A stretch of 63,509 nucleotides of DNA, counting the filler, from Choristocarpus tenellus KU-1152 (Eukaryota > Protista > Phaeophyceae): the NCBI GenBank assembly GCA_964200185.2. It is 11 parts of 11 records of this genome, joined end to end, with 100 filler letters (N's around TTAATTAATTAA, not from the genome) between each part and the next. Parts side by side here need not be neighbours in the genome. Positions count along the whole stretch, not along the records: positions 17,024 to 31,634 come from CAXNAD020001152.1; positions 31,735 to 35,201 come from CAXNAD020019833.1; 9 more parts are not named here. One strand, 5' to 3'. Both the position numbers and the translations under genes were made by a program. Shown here piece after piece: positions 21,901 to 35,301 of the stretch; the stretch's first letter is position 1; every line of letters starts with the position of its first letter. The notes beneath the pieces are model-generated. The model did not search any database, was not told the origin of the DNA, and saw only the letters and a program-made list of their open reading frames with translations.

Positions 21901-24900
21901 GGTTAGGGTTAGGGTTGGGGTTAAAGGTAAGTTAAATGTTAGGGCTGGTATTTTGCCTGGGCGTAATATAGTGAGGTTAATTTGAAGAGTAAGATGCAGG
22001 TTATGAAATACTTCCTTTCACATTAACCCTAACCCTAACCTGAGAATGAACGAATGAACAGACAGACCACTCCACTGGGTTAGGGTTGAGGTTAAGTTAT
22101 GGGCTAGGGTTAGGGGTTAGATAGAGAGTGAGGAAAGGAAATTATCCTCAGGTACAAGAGTTGAGGTTAGGGTTAGGTTTAGGGTTAATTTGCATCAAAG
22201 TATATACATGTCATATCATGGCATGTGTGATACCATTGAGAAACATTTAGGGTTAGGGTTAGCGTTAAGGTTATGTACTTTATTTTTTCAGGGTTAGGGT
22301 TAGGGTTAGAGTCGGATAATTTGTGAGTTCTGGGAGATAAATTGTGAATTGTATGGCATGTGTGATGTCATTATCAATGGGGTGGATTACATTCTATTTT
22401 TCTCTATAGGGTTAGGGTTAGGTGCAGTCAGTAAGTTCTTTCAAAGGTTAGGGTTAGGGTTGGGGTTAAGGCGAAGCAAGAAGTAATAGGGTTAGGGTTG
22501 AACATCTCACTAGACAATGGAAGACCTTGTTGAAGTCATTGGTAATTTAAGGTTAGAGAGTATGAGGCGTTACAAAATATGCGCACAATTCAGTATTATT
22601 GATATTTTATTCATTATTTGGGTTAGGGTTAGGGATAGGGATAGGGATAGGGTACATTTTGTTGAAAGGAGAAGTCTATATTTTAGATAAGCTGCTTTGA
22701 TTTTTTTTTCTTTATTTTTAAATGTTTATTGACAGGTTGTGTCAATGGATTTTATCCCTAGCCGTATGCTTTGAATCAAGGGTTAGGGTTAGGGTTGAAT
22801 AATTGGGGTTAGGATGTAGTCCAAGCATCAGGTCATGTTTTCATGTAAAAAACAGACTAGGTATGTTTGTAGAGGGTATGGGGTTGAGAGGTTTTGTTTG
22901 TTGTGTAGTGTGTAATGATTTTATGACATGCTTCACACTTGGTATGTGGTTGTTGCCGTTGATCTTATTGACTGCCTTGAGGGGTTGGCTTAGGGCTACT
23001 GCTTATAATAGACAGGGGTTAGGGTTAGGTTTCTGTGAGTGTTGATTGTAAATTTTACCATGTAGGGTATGTGAGCAATGCTTGTTCTGGATGCTTGAAT
23101 GTTTTGATTAAGGGTTAGGGTTTGGTGTAATCTCTCACCGCATTGAATATACCCAAACCTAACCCTAACACCTCACCCTGTACAGAAAAAAACAGTTATA
23201 CCTAACCCTAATCACATAAGTCTCTCTCTTTTTGTTCATTACAGACAACCCTAACCCTATTCTGTATGTTATTCTTATGTTATTCTGTATGTTCCTAATA
23301 TTGATGATAAATTTATTGATCAGCCTCAATATTAGAGAGAGGAAAATGTTTATGGATGGAAAAAAGCATGTGGCAATCATCAGTGATGCTGCCAGTACCG
23401 GAGTGTCCTTGCATGCTGCTGTTGGTTCTAAGTCAGAGGGGCGTCGCCGCCTCCACATCACCCTTGAACTCCCATGGTCTGCAGACAAAGGTATTGCTAT
23501 ACCACAAACAGCTATATTTTATTTTATTTTAACCCTTTTTTTATCTGATACTGCCATTGTTGCAGTGATCATTATTACATTATTTTTAATTCCTTTGCTC
23601 ATGCATCACCCACTCCCTAACCCTAGGGTTTCTACTCCACTTACTCATAGCCCTTGAATTCTCATGTTCTGTGTACAATAGAAGTGTACAATAGGGTTAG
23701 GGTTAGGGTTAGGCTTTTATAGTTCAATGTTCAATGTACAATTTGGTTTGCTGTTCTTGCTAAGCTTGTATATTTATGTTTATTTTTATATTTGTATGTG
23801 CAGGGAGATCCTAGCCTTAGCCTTAGCCCTAAGGCTGTTGTCTTTTAACTTTTGTACACTGATTTGAACACATTCCTTGGGGTTAAGGTTGGGTCTTTAT
23901 TGTTAGGGCTAGGGTATTGTTTTTAGGATGGGGATTATTATTTTTGTGATAAAACTCTTTTATTGTATTTATTCTTCGATGCCCATTGACTAATTTCAAG
24001 GTGTACCCAAGGGATGGAAGAGAACATGCAGGGTTCGGGTTCGGGTTATGAAGGGAAGGCCACAAAACGTTAATAATAATGTTGTCTGTAAAACTAATGT
24101 CACTATTACTTACAATGAAGACGTCTTGCAAACATACCCACCAATTGTTTTTTATTTCCTATGCTTACAATGAACCCTAAACTCTATCCATACCCACACA
24201 CCATTGAGCTTTTGTCCATCTCTCTATCATGGCATATTATTGGTATTGTCTTAACTATCCTTCATGTTAATGCAATTGCTTTCATTTATCCTTCTGTACT
24301 TGCCCTAACCCTAAACCTAACCCTAACCCTTAGCCTTGATTAGATCATTTCTACAATCAAGGCTCTAGAACTCTCTTCTATTTCCGATACTAGTATTTTG
24401 TGTTAACTGACACTTTGCAGATTATATGAGAGGGTGCCAATAGAGGACAAATTAATACTCTACTAACCCAAACCCTAACCCTAATCCTAAGCCTAATGAG
24501 TTACTATTATTTTCATATTATGGTGATTGTTGGATACAGCACTGCATTGTTCCTGAAGCAACACACTTTAGAATCATTTTTTTTATTGTTGTCATTGTTA
24601 ACATATGTTTGTCGTTGTTAACATATTGTTGTCGTTGGTAACATATTGTTGTCATTGTTAACATATTGTTGTCGTTGTTAACATATTGTTGTCATTGTTA
24701 ACATATATTTGTCATTGTTAACACATTGTTGTCCTTGTTAACATATTGTTGTCATTGTTAACATATTGTTGTCATTGTTAACATGTATTTGTCGTTGTTA
24801 ACATATAGTTGTCATTGTTAACATGTATTTGTCGTTGTTAACATATAGTTGTCATTGTTAACATGTATTTGTCGTTGGTAACATATTGTTGTCATTGATA

Positions 24901-27900
24901 ACATATATTTGTCATTGTTAACATATTGTTGTCATTGGTAACATATTGTTGTCATTGTTAACATATATTTGTCATTGATAACACATTGTTGTCCTTGTTA
25001 ACATATTGTTGTCATTGTTAACATATTGTTGTCATTGTTAACATGTATTTGTCGTTAACATATAGTTGTCATTGTTAACATGTATTTGTCGTTGTTAACA
25101 TATTGTTGTCATTGTTAACATATTGTTGTCATTGTTAACATGTATTTGTCATTGTTAACATGTATTTGTCGTTGTTAACATATAGTTGTCATTGTTAACA
25201 TGTATTTATCGTTGGTAACATATTGTTGTCATTGATAACATATATTTGTCATTGTTAACATATTGTTGTCATTGTTAACATGTATTTGTCGTTGTTAACA
25301 TATAGTTGTCATTGTTAACATGTATTTGTCGTTGTTAACATATTGTTGTCATCGTTAACATATTGTTGTCATTGTTAACATGTATTTGTCGTTGTTAACA
25401 TATAGTTGTCATTGTTAACATGTATTTGTCGTTGGTAACATATTGTTGTCATTGATAACATATTGTTGTCATTGTTAACATATTGTTGTCGTTGGTAACA
25501 TATTGTTGTCATTGTTAACATGTATTTATCGTTGGTAACATATTGTTGTCATTGTTAACATATTGTTGTCATTGTTAACATGTATTTGTCGTTGTTAACA
25601 TATAGTTGTCATTGTTAACATGTATTTGTCGTTGTTAACATATTGTTGTCATTGTTAACATGTATTTGTCGTTGTTAACATATAGTTGTCATTGTTAACA
25701 TATTGTCCAGGGAACTACCAGTACATTCTATTAGAGAACTTTAATAGACTTGAACCATTATCCATTATTATAATTATCATTTTCAAGCTAGTATTCTTGG
25801 AAGTATTTTTGTTTTTTATCCAATGCAGTTGGTAGTAAGTTATTTTCTAGTTTTGTCTCTAACTGTGTTCGGGTTAGGGTTCGGGTTCGGGTTACCTTGT
25901 ATGTGTTTTGAAGTGCTCTTGGGCTGTCACCTCAATCCTATCTCTCCTATCAGTCGAATCTGTATCCTCAAATCTACTTTCACTGGTTATGATGGTTATA
26001 ATGATGATAATTGAGGGTATACAAGTCCTGTTGTACTCAAGCATTTGCCATACTCATGTTCATAATGTTTCTATGCTCATTAACCCTAACCCTAACCCTA
26101 GTTTTCTTATTATTTATTTTATTTGTACCTCAACCCTAACCCTAACCCTTGCCTTGACTATAATGTTACTGTGCACTGATCCTAACCCTAACCTAATCCT
26201 CTTGTACTTTAGTCTTAACACTCACCCTACTTTCTGAGTGTTTAGGCCTTAACACTAGCCCTAACCCCTTTAACCCTAACCTTAGCCCTATGTGCTATTA
26301 TGTGCCATAACACTACTGATTCTGTTCTCAACCCTTAACCCTATAGTCAACTCTGTGTATTCAAGTACCAATCCTAACCCTAAGCACATAATTTGAAGGA
26401 TAGTATTAGCAGTCCAGATTAGGGTTAGGGAGGGTTAGGAGATATTAGCATTGTAGGCTTTAAGATGTCCATACACAGATATTTTACCACACACATTGTA
26501 CATTTGCTATATTGTATATGTAAGACATTTACCATCACATTATATTCTTTTTTTGAACATGCCTTGACTGCGATCTTCTCATAAGAACAAAAGATAGTAA
26601 TAGTAATAACATAGTGCACACTTGTGTTCAAAAAGTGGAGGATCACAGTGCTAGTGGCTATTTTTTACTGGATGTACTAAACCTAGCCCTAATCCCAACC
26701 TTACCTAGCCTTACCTAACCTAACCCTAACCTAACCCTAACCTTAGCTTGAAACACAAGCCCTTGAAGCATGGAATCTATCTACTATTATATCTCATGCT
26801 TTGTCGAATCACCATGTCCTTCCTGTACCTTTACTAACACCCTTCGCCTTTTGGGGGTTTTCTTGTTGAAATTTGTTGACATATGTTGACATTGGTTTGC
26901 CCTTTTTCTTTGCAGCAATTCAACAGCTGGGTAGAAGCCACAGGAGCAATCAGGCCTCTGCACCGGTGAAGTGAAATGATAGTAGTAATAATAATATTAA
27001 AATCATAAATACTGTAGATTATATATTTTGTTTGTGGTAATAATCGTTAGGGTTAGGGTTATTGATAGTAATATATACATTAGCATTGAACAATCAGTCG
27101 CCTTCTTTTTAGTATTTAGGGATAGGGTTGTTTATTTCTCTATATGTTAGTACCCTATCTCACATCTTTTGTAATAATAATAATAATATAATAATATATA
27201 CCGCAAAATGATATTGACCAATCAGTTGTGTTTGTTTTCATGTATAATTGCTATTGTCATTTTGCATCCCTCTCATAGACAACAATATTTGTTTTATACG
27301 GGTTAGGGTTAGGGTTAGGGTTAGAATATACTGTATTTACCCTACTCTAATGAACTCAAACCCTGCATACACACAGTCCATGTATTGACATAATCAACAT
27401 GCCACTACCAACAGTAAGATTACCACTCTAAGACCCCAACTCTTGGTCTTTCTCCTAAACAAGTGATAACTATATTACAACTCTAGTACCACCTTATTGC
27501 CACTTTCAGGTAGTCGATTACTTTTGTATATTTTAGTTGAGAAAAATATTGGATAAAAACTATTCATTCACTTGCACCCTAACCCTAACTCACTGGTATA
27601 ACCCTATCCCTCTCAGACAAACCCCATGAATAGACACACACACACGCACATTATTTCTGAAGCTATACCCCTAATCCTATCCCTAACCTGATGCAAAATG
27701 CCATATGAAACTTATCCTATTGTATCCTGTAGCCTCACCCAAATGCTGCATTCAATAAATATATTGATATCCCTGGTATTAACACTAAGTACTATTCATT
27801 AAAATATTTATATTGTACTGCTTAGGATTAGGGCTGCCCTACCTGTAGTACAAAGTGCAGTATGAAATTATCCCATTGTGACTTAATGCAATTCAACACT

Positions 27901-30900
27901 ACTCTTAACCTTAACCCTATAGTACAGTCTAGTAGTAGCAATAGTTTATAACCCTATCCCTATCCCTATCCCTTACCCTAACCCTATCTGCAAAACTTAC
28001 ATATTAAATTTTTTTAAGGTTTTTCGACTGTTGGTGACTGATCTGGGAGGAGAGCGACGATTTGCAGCTGCAGTGGCCAAACGCCTGGCAAGTCTTGGAG
28101 CTCTCACTAAGGGAGACAGGAGGGCAGCCACTGGTGCTGACTTCAGTGCATTTGATTTTGACACCAAATATGGCCGCTTGGTGAGATGTTTCCTCTCTAT
28201 AATATCTCTCTATAATATCTCTCTATAATATCTCTCTATCATACCTCTCTATCTAATCTCTGTAATACCTCTGTCATAACCTTAACCCTACCATAACATT
28301 GTAGGCTGAAGGGTCCACTTATCCTATTGGCCGAAGATATCATCTCATGCTTTAATTTTTTTCTCTTGAATTATTAATTTCGTCCCATTGGCTGAAGGTG
28401 GCACAGAAGCTGCTCCTATTTGTGCAAATCTTTTGTTTTGAAAATGTGGTATCCTATCATACTTAAGCACTCCACACACACATATTTATATATGTATGTA
28501 TATATATATATTAATAAATAAATACACATTTTTATGTTGATCACTCGTATCCCATATTGGTTAGGGTTAGGGTTAGAGAGGGTTCACTGTTTTACTACTA
28601 TTGGTGGAAAGTTTCCCTTGTCGGTCCATGTCCTTTTCTGTCATTCTCGTTCTCATTTTTTGTTATTGTACCCAATGACATTTTTTATTAATTTACTCAT
28701 ATAGATGTGGTCAAGATGGAAAAAAGAGAACCACAAATAAGGATGCAAAAAATCACAGAATATATTGCTTACCAAAAGCCTTCCAATAATTATGTAGCAT
28801 TTGCATTCATTTGAAAAAAGCTGACACCTTCCTATGTTTTTGAAATTACTACTTCATTTTGTTATTATTTTTTAGATTTGGTTTGTAACATTATTTTTTT
28901 TATTATGAGATATAGAAACACATGGGTGGCATATTGCAATAATTTTAGTTTTGTTTGTACTTGGGACAACTCATGGATTAGGGTTAGGGTTGGGGTTAGG
29001 GTCAGGAACTAAAGAAGGTAAAGATAATGTAAACTTGGATGATAACATCTAGTACAGTTGGCTCTATGAAACATTAAAACCAATAATATGTGTGAGGATG
29101 ACCAACTGCAAGGACTTTGAAGTACCTTTTGGGTAATATTTTTATTATTTTGATATTTTTAATATTATTCTGTGTCCTACAAACTGCTGCTGGTTTTATG
29201 TATGCATATTTATATATGTGTATATATATATGTATATTTTCTTTGTGATTGGTAGTGATTGAATCTCTACAGCAATCTTTGATTGTATCATGGACAATTG
29301 ATATCAACAATGAGAGGGATTTCTTTGATTTAATCCCTTTTTTTGGTGAGTATGTCTGTCTGCCATTAAACCAAACATTTTGATTCTATTACTATTACTA
29401 TGACATCACTAATACTGTTACTATTACAGTTACTATCACTATTAGATTTGTAGTATTGGTGGAGATTGTTACATCAATATTATTGTCTTAATAACCCTTA
29501 CCCTAACCCTAACCCTACCCTAAGTGTTTCATTACGGATCAATGCACCTTGTATCATCAATAATAGTAAAGACCATAACCATAACCCTAACCCCATTTCA
29601 GATATTGTCGGTCTCTGTCTTACTTAGAGTGTCCTAATACTATCTTTGTATTCATTGAAGTATTCAAGCACATATCTTGACAAATTGTATTCTTAGTACA
29701 GTAGCTACTGTTGTAAAAGATTCTATTGTACCATAGGTATTGTTGTGTAACACTCTATAGTACAGTAAGTACTGTTGTATAAGATTCTATAGTGCCATAG
29801 GTATTGTTGTGTAACACTCTATAGTACAGTAAGTACTGTTGTATAAGATTCTATATTACCATAGGTATTGTTGTAACACTCTATAGTACAGTAAGTACTG
29901 TTGTATAAGATTCTATATTACCATAGGTATTGTTGTAACACTCTACAGTACAGTATGTACTGTTAATATATAACATCATGTAGTATTGCAGATGTTGTTG
30001 TATAACATCATGTAGTACTGCAGATGTTGTATAACACTCCATAGTACATGTGTGCATGTGTGGTGCGATATCCGTGCAGGCCTTGAGGAACATGTACAAC
30101 TCTACTGCTGTTGGTGTGGTGGCAGCAGGGGTCAATATCGAGAAGCTTAGATCACACATTGAAGGAGGAGAGGCGGAGGTGTCATCATCTACTATAGGTG
30201 AAAAACACACAATGCAAGGGCTTGGACCAGACCACCTCTGCTCTGCTCTAGTGGTGGTGAGAAATGCTGTAGTGTTGGTGAGAAGTGGGACTAGAAGCAT
30301 GAAAATCTTTTGTTGCAGAGGTCAAAATTGTTTGAGCTAGTGACTTGTATCTTATTAATGCGACTCTTTTTGATGATGGGTTAGGGTTAGGGTTAGGCCA
30401 TTTTCATACTGTTTACTCTTGTTTCTTTACATTTTTCAGTTTGTTTTGTGACAATAAACTTTATTATTATTATTATGTACATAAAATAAGAAAAAAATGC
30501 AGAAACTTTTGTTCTGCTAGTTCTTCAATTGAGTGCTAGGTATATATCAGGTAGTAGGTAGTATCGCATACTTTGAAGTATATTGGTTAGGGTTATATGG
30601 TTCTTTTTCTTATTTTCTTTTTAAATATGTATGTAAGGTGAAGATTAGGGCTAGGGTTTTTTTGTCTCATTTCCTTCTTTTCTTTCTAAAAAGATGAGTC
30701 CTCTTGTCATCTTATCCTTAGGGTTAGTGTTAGTGGAAATCTTGAATGAAGCACAATCGCATGTACATCTAATTTCCTTATACTTTTCTGCTCTATAGTA
30801 ACAAGTAACTTGCAGTAATATCTAAAATAATTTGATTGTAATGCACTCTAACCCTAACCCTAACCCTAACCATAGTTTGTGGGTAGAGGACAATAATAAA

Positions 30901-31248
30901 AATAAAATGTAAGGTTAGGGTTGATAAACTCGTTTGTGTGTAGATCATTTCAACTATTTCATTTTTCTTTATTCTTCTGTGAAAATGATCTTTGGAACAA
31001 CTATTATATTGTATTAAGGTTAGGGGATGGCCATTTCAAAACACACTTTTTTTCTTCGCTCTCTGACTTTTTTCTTGTTTTATGTGTATGTGTTATGTGT
31101 ATGTTACTGATTCCTTTCACAGGCAGCAACAGAGAGTGTGAAGGACATGGCAATAGACCCAAAGCAGTACAACAATGTGACTCTCTTCCTAGGACGTTTG
31201 CAGGGCCTTCCCTTCAGGAGACAGAACCTCATGTTCGCATACCTCATG
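18820..31248 (+). CDS. SBNO: Strawberry notch-like protein (SBNO, helicase C-terminal region); internal part of the gene
   Basis: Eight exons join in phase: 18820-18903, 19701-19781, 21561-21718, 23324-23490, 26916-26965, 28019-28180, 30080-30256, 31123-31248. Motifs [98 protein letters not shown] and [13 protein letters not shown] match SBNO/strawberry notch signatures. Confidence 0.95.
19701..19781 (+). CDS. SBNO: SBNO probable exon ([15 protein letters not shown]...LLQRLM)
   Basis: CAG| acceptor and |GTGAGT donor, 27 codons, phase 0/0; joins the next exon in frame. Confidence 0.75.
21561..21718 (+). CDS. SBNO: SBNO exon ([23 protein letters not shown])
   Basis: Conserved motif; AAG acceptor; phase-2 donor. 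Confidence 0.9.
23324..23490 (+). CDS. SBNO: SBNO exon ([15 protein letters not shown]...LELPWSADK)
   Basis: Conserved motif; phases 2/1 match the neighbouring exons. Confidence 0.95.
24584..25706. repeat. 20-bp minisatellite, about 56 copies (TATTGTTGTCATTGTTAACA)
   Basis: Directly visible tandem array in an SBNO intron, with unit variants; most units contain the palindrome TGTTAACA. Confidence 0.97.
26916..26965 (+). CDS. SBNO: SBNO short exon ([17 protein letters not shown])
   Basis: Not in the ORF track. ttgcag| acceptor, helicase motif VI-like QxxGRxHR, phases 1/0. Confidence 0.95.
28019..28180 (+). CDS. SBNO: SBNO exon ([26 protein letters not shown])
   Basis: Conserved motif; 54 codons; phase 0/0. 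Confidence 0.95.
29695..30045. repeat. 60-62-bp tandem repeat (about 4 copies plus decayed 30-bp half units)
   Basis: CTCTATAGTACAGTAAGTACTGTTGTATAAGATTCTAT...GTAACA repeated, ending just upstream of an SBNO exon. Confidence 0.9.
30080..30256 (+). CDS. SBNO: SBNO exon (ALRNMY...)
   Basis: Continues KYGRL|ALRNMY. The donor is uncertain (30256|GTGAGA preferred; about 30178 is an alternative). Confidence 0.75.
31123..31248 (+). CDS. SBNO: SBNO exon ([25 protein letters not shown])
   Basis: ctgat...cacag| acceptor; resembles the conserved FLNRxLGL..QNxLF segment. Confidence 0.9.
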
Positions 31249-34200
31249 GTTTGTTAGTTTGTTAGTTAGTTAGTAACTTAGTCGGTTACTTGATCACTTC
31301 GTATGTTGGTCAATTGGTCATTACATTATTGTGTTATTTTACTATAATATAATAGTATTACGGGTTTGGAGTTAGGGTTAGGGATATCGATCCTGCAATA
31401 GTTGAGCCAATAGTAATTATACTGTTGATATGGCTTGGGTTAGGGTTAGGGTTGGAAGATAGGAGTATAGTTGGGAGAGAAGACCTTAAGTTTGCTTTGT
31501 ACGTATCATTGCTCTTTGGCTATCCTCTTTGGCTATCCTCTTTGTCTATCCATCACATACATCACCTTAATTATCATTGCTCTTTGTCTATCCTCTTTGT
31601 CTATCCATCACATACATCACCTTAATTATCATTGNNNNNNNNNNNNNNNNNNNNNNNNNNNNNNNNNNNNNNNNNNNNTTAATTAATTAANNNNNNNNNN
31701 NNNNNNNNNNNNNNNNNNNNNNNNNNNNNNNNNNGGGGGGGGGGGGGGGGGGTTCTTTTGGAATGTGCATCAGGAATTAGAGAGAGAGAGGGTTGAATGA
31801 ATTCAGGTTGCAGGCAAAGTAGATTTGAGTGCATGGTGCCCAAGAAGGTTCTCGTGTGTGTGTGTGTGTGTGTGTGTGTTTGGCAGTGTCATTTCAGAGT
31901 GTTTCTGAATGATAGCCTTGTGAGTAAAGGCACCATGGCACCAGAAAATATTTTTAGAAGAAAAAAAAGAATGCCGTACGTGGGAATAGAGGAGCTACAT
32001 GCCGTTGGTTTTGTGTTGCAGTATTTTTTATTCCATTGCCCCCCCACCCCCTTCTTCGCTGAGTGCTAGCAAGGTACAGACCTGCTCTGTTGTAAGAGGG
32101 TAAGAGTGAACGTTAGGCTGAGCCAGAGGGGACATCATGTGTTTAGTGTGTGTGTGGGTTTGGGGGTGTATTCCTTTTGTTTGTCAGAATGTAGGGAGCA
32201 GTACACAGTATCATTGCTGTGTTGCTGGTGTTGACTGGGAGAGTTAAAAGGGGCTTCCTTTGTTGTGGATTTTCAGGGTTGGAGGAGCTGGTGGCTATGG
32301 TCTGGGTAGCCAAAACGGGCATTCCTCCTCATCCCCCCCCCCCCAACTGTTTATGTTGCAGGTGTATTAGTATGTGGTGAGACGATAGTCATGCCTTGCT
32401 AGGTCTGTGAGTGACTTGAGTATTAGTGCCTGACTAAGCAACATTTGACTGGCATTATTGTGCTAGCAGGTCCTTGGAAACATGCACTTACCCTGATATA
32501 TGCTGCATTTCTATTATTAGGGAACAAAATTTGGTGATGTTTAGTTTTGGTAGACCTGAAATGCAGGGTTCAACAAACTGGTTTGCAATGTATGGAAGAC
32601 GTTTGTTGTTTCTTGAAGTGGGTTTCAACAACTTTTTTCAGGGTAGGTGGTCCCCATTGCGTTGAAAGGGCATTGCATCCCTATTACCTTGTGTGGGGAG
32701 GGGTGGAGGATTCCTTCCTTTATCTCTTTCCAACCTATGCCACTTTTTTTGTTTTTCAAGGTTTGGTTCTATTATTCTTGGGTAGAATACATGCTACATA
32801 GCCAAGAATTATCTTGTGTGCACTCAGAAAGGGAGGGTGAGGGGCTGTTTCTTTTTGTAGTAGCCTACTTTACCAGTTGGTTGAATTGAAGCGCTTGGTG
32901 GTGGTTGCCCAGCAGTATGACAGCTGGTACACATGCAACATAAATTACATACTTTTTGTTGCCTTGACTCCTGCATATATTGGTTTGGAAGAAACAGTTC
33001 TATGACCGTTGTTGACACATCTCCTAATGTTTTTGGTATGTCAGTTTGTGCTGTTGGTGCACGATATCCTGTCTTTCATTGTTCCTGTTGAAGGCTCTGC
33101 ATTGACGAAAGAAGCTGACTTTGTTTTGCTTGCTAGAGAGGAGGGTAGGCAAGGAGAGAGAGAGGGGAATAGCAAAGGTGTGGGAGATGGTGTTCAATTG
33201 TTGGATTGAATGTTTTTTTATTTCTTGCAGACCATATCCCAATATGCAGAGAGAGTTACGCCCTGTGGGTGCTGCTGTATGGAACAGAGCGGAAGAGTTT
33301 GATTGGTTGACATAGTTGATTGGTGGAATTGCCATCCATGGTGTCTAGTTGTAGTGAGGAGGGAGAGGAATTTATTTTCTGTATAGTTCTCAAAAGCATG
33401 TCGCTACACAGATCAATGATACCTTTCGTTTTGTAGCTGGCTGGCATGCTTGCCGAAGGGTAGGGAGAGGACAGGTTTAAGAAGAGCGTTTCCTTTTTCA
33501 GGGTAGTTGGTTGTGTTTCTTGGTGCTGAGAACAAGCACAAAGACAAGAGGTGCCATATGCACCTCCGGTTGTGTGTAACTACTATTGTTACGCCGTACC
33601 TTGTATCATATCAATCGTTATGATGTAGTGCGTACATGGTGACCAAAGAGTGCCAAACGTGCCAGGGTCTCATGATTTTGAGCTATCTAGGTTATAAAAC
33701 ATGCGATTCTATTTTTTAAGAAATTATATACAACCTAAAATCTGTTCTCCTACTTTTGGCATTTTTTCATTGCTTTGTTTGTAGAGGTCAACATTCGTCC
33801 TGTTTCTTGTCTGTTTTCTTAATAAAAATATACTAGCAGTTGTGCCCGTTAGTTTCTAGTACTGTACAGTGTAGTTGGAAGTAATTGCTAAGGGGAATGT
33901 GGGCAGCTTACTATCAATCATGGAATAGTACTGGTTTTAAGTAGTTTGTTCAAAACATGATTTTCACGTTTTGAACTCTATTGCCCTATCCATGCCAGAA
34001 TTCTTTTAATGGAACCTAGTTTTAAGTATCCACTTGGGCCATGTTTAGCACAGTGGGTTCTATGCGTACTAGTACTAAGGGGCTTCGAGGACTGGAAATA
34101 CGGTACCCATCGAATCCTACCCCCCAATCCGCTTAGGGTGAAAAATTCAGTAGTGGAATCGGAAAAAAAAGGCCCGCAAGAAAATTGTTTGTTTGCTGTG

Positions 34201-35132
34201 ATATCGGCTGCCACCCATATGTGTACACAAAGAACCTCTTGTTGATCAAGTAGTCAAGTAGAATATGAACTATGTCCACTGTTATTATTACGAAGTATGT
34301 TTCACTGTTTCCGTTCGTAACGCAATCACCAATCCTGGTAGCAAAACTTGATTACCTTCCATGGGTGCGACTATGCTTTTCTCCACCACTATTGTAGGTT
34401 TTTAGGGTGGACTTACTCCATCTATTTGGTTGCACACAGAGTGCTCACATAATTCACCCATCCATATATCTTGATCCTTTTTAGGAATGCATAACTTGCC
34501 AAAATTGGCATAGATTCTTCCTCTCCCTCTCCTACCTCAACAATTTGCTGTTTGGGTTTTGCCGTAGTTCCCACGTGCTAGCTGACCAGATGATGGGAAC
34601 AAGTGGAAGCATTAACAATAATACTGAAAATTAATTTTCACAGAATTCTATCACATTTCTTTATACTAGAGTATTTAGTGCTTTGTACTACTTCAAAGAT
34701 GACATATTATCAAGTTAGACCAGCAAACAAGCTGTTACTCGCAACCCTTGTACACACGTCTCTAGGCTCCAAGAGAGGCAACCAGCCAAATCCAGAGCCA
34801 TGGTACTCACCGAAGAGATGAGGTTAAGCGTAGCCCCCACTGAGTGGCACACCCTCTGATGATTTCCTGTCACTCTTCCTGCAATCAAACACTTTAAGGA
34901 TATGTCCAGTGGTTAACAATAGGTCAAACAGTTTCAGGTCAAAGGGCCTCACCATTTCTGAGGGCCTACCATACAGTCAAAAGGAGTGGGGGACAGGAGG
35001 CTAACTTGCAATCGTACCCCAGGTCAATAGGTTAGGTGGGCAAACTACCCTGCAAATCGGAGCTGCCGCTTCAGGTTACCGTCAGTGGTGGGCCTTATTG
35101 TAGGCCTAAACTACTTGTACACAACCTCATTC

Positions 35133-35201
35133 GACTCAAAGTATCTGTGAGGGGGTGGCGACTGTCCATTTGGGGTCAATTTTTTCATGTCACGATTTTT
35201 G
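35133..35201 (-). mobile_element. MITE family B partial copy at contig end
   Basis: GACTCAAAGTATCTG...GTCCATTTGGGG. Confidence 0.75.
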
Positions 35202-35301
35202 NNNNNNNNNNNNNNNNNNNNNNNNNNNNNNNNNNNNNNNNNNNNTTAATTAATTAANNNNNNNNNNNNNNNNNNNNNNNNNNNNNNNNNNNNNNNNNNN
35301 N

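Larger units (their letters stand above)
17024..31460. repeat. Dense interspersed short telomere-type tracts (TTAGGG)n/(CCCTAA)n, n about 2-6, both orientations, in SBNO introns
   Basis: More than 60 separate tracts by eye, e.g. 19410-19439, 21833-21870, 22247-22310, 26081-26150, 27300-27323 and 30848-30870. Confidence 0.97.

Noticed and set aside
21743-21985. ORFs rich in GLGLGL, VRVRVR, TLTLTL or NPNPNP (also 19243-19675, 25908-26237 and others)
   Set aside because: These are translations of intronic telomeric hexamers, not genes.
24584-25706. CRISPR-like regular array
   Set aside because: Units are contiguous with no unique spacers, there are no cas genes, and it lies in a eukaryotic intron. 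It is a minisatellite.
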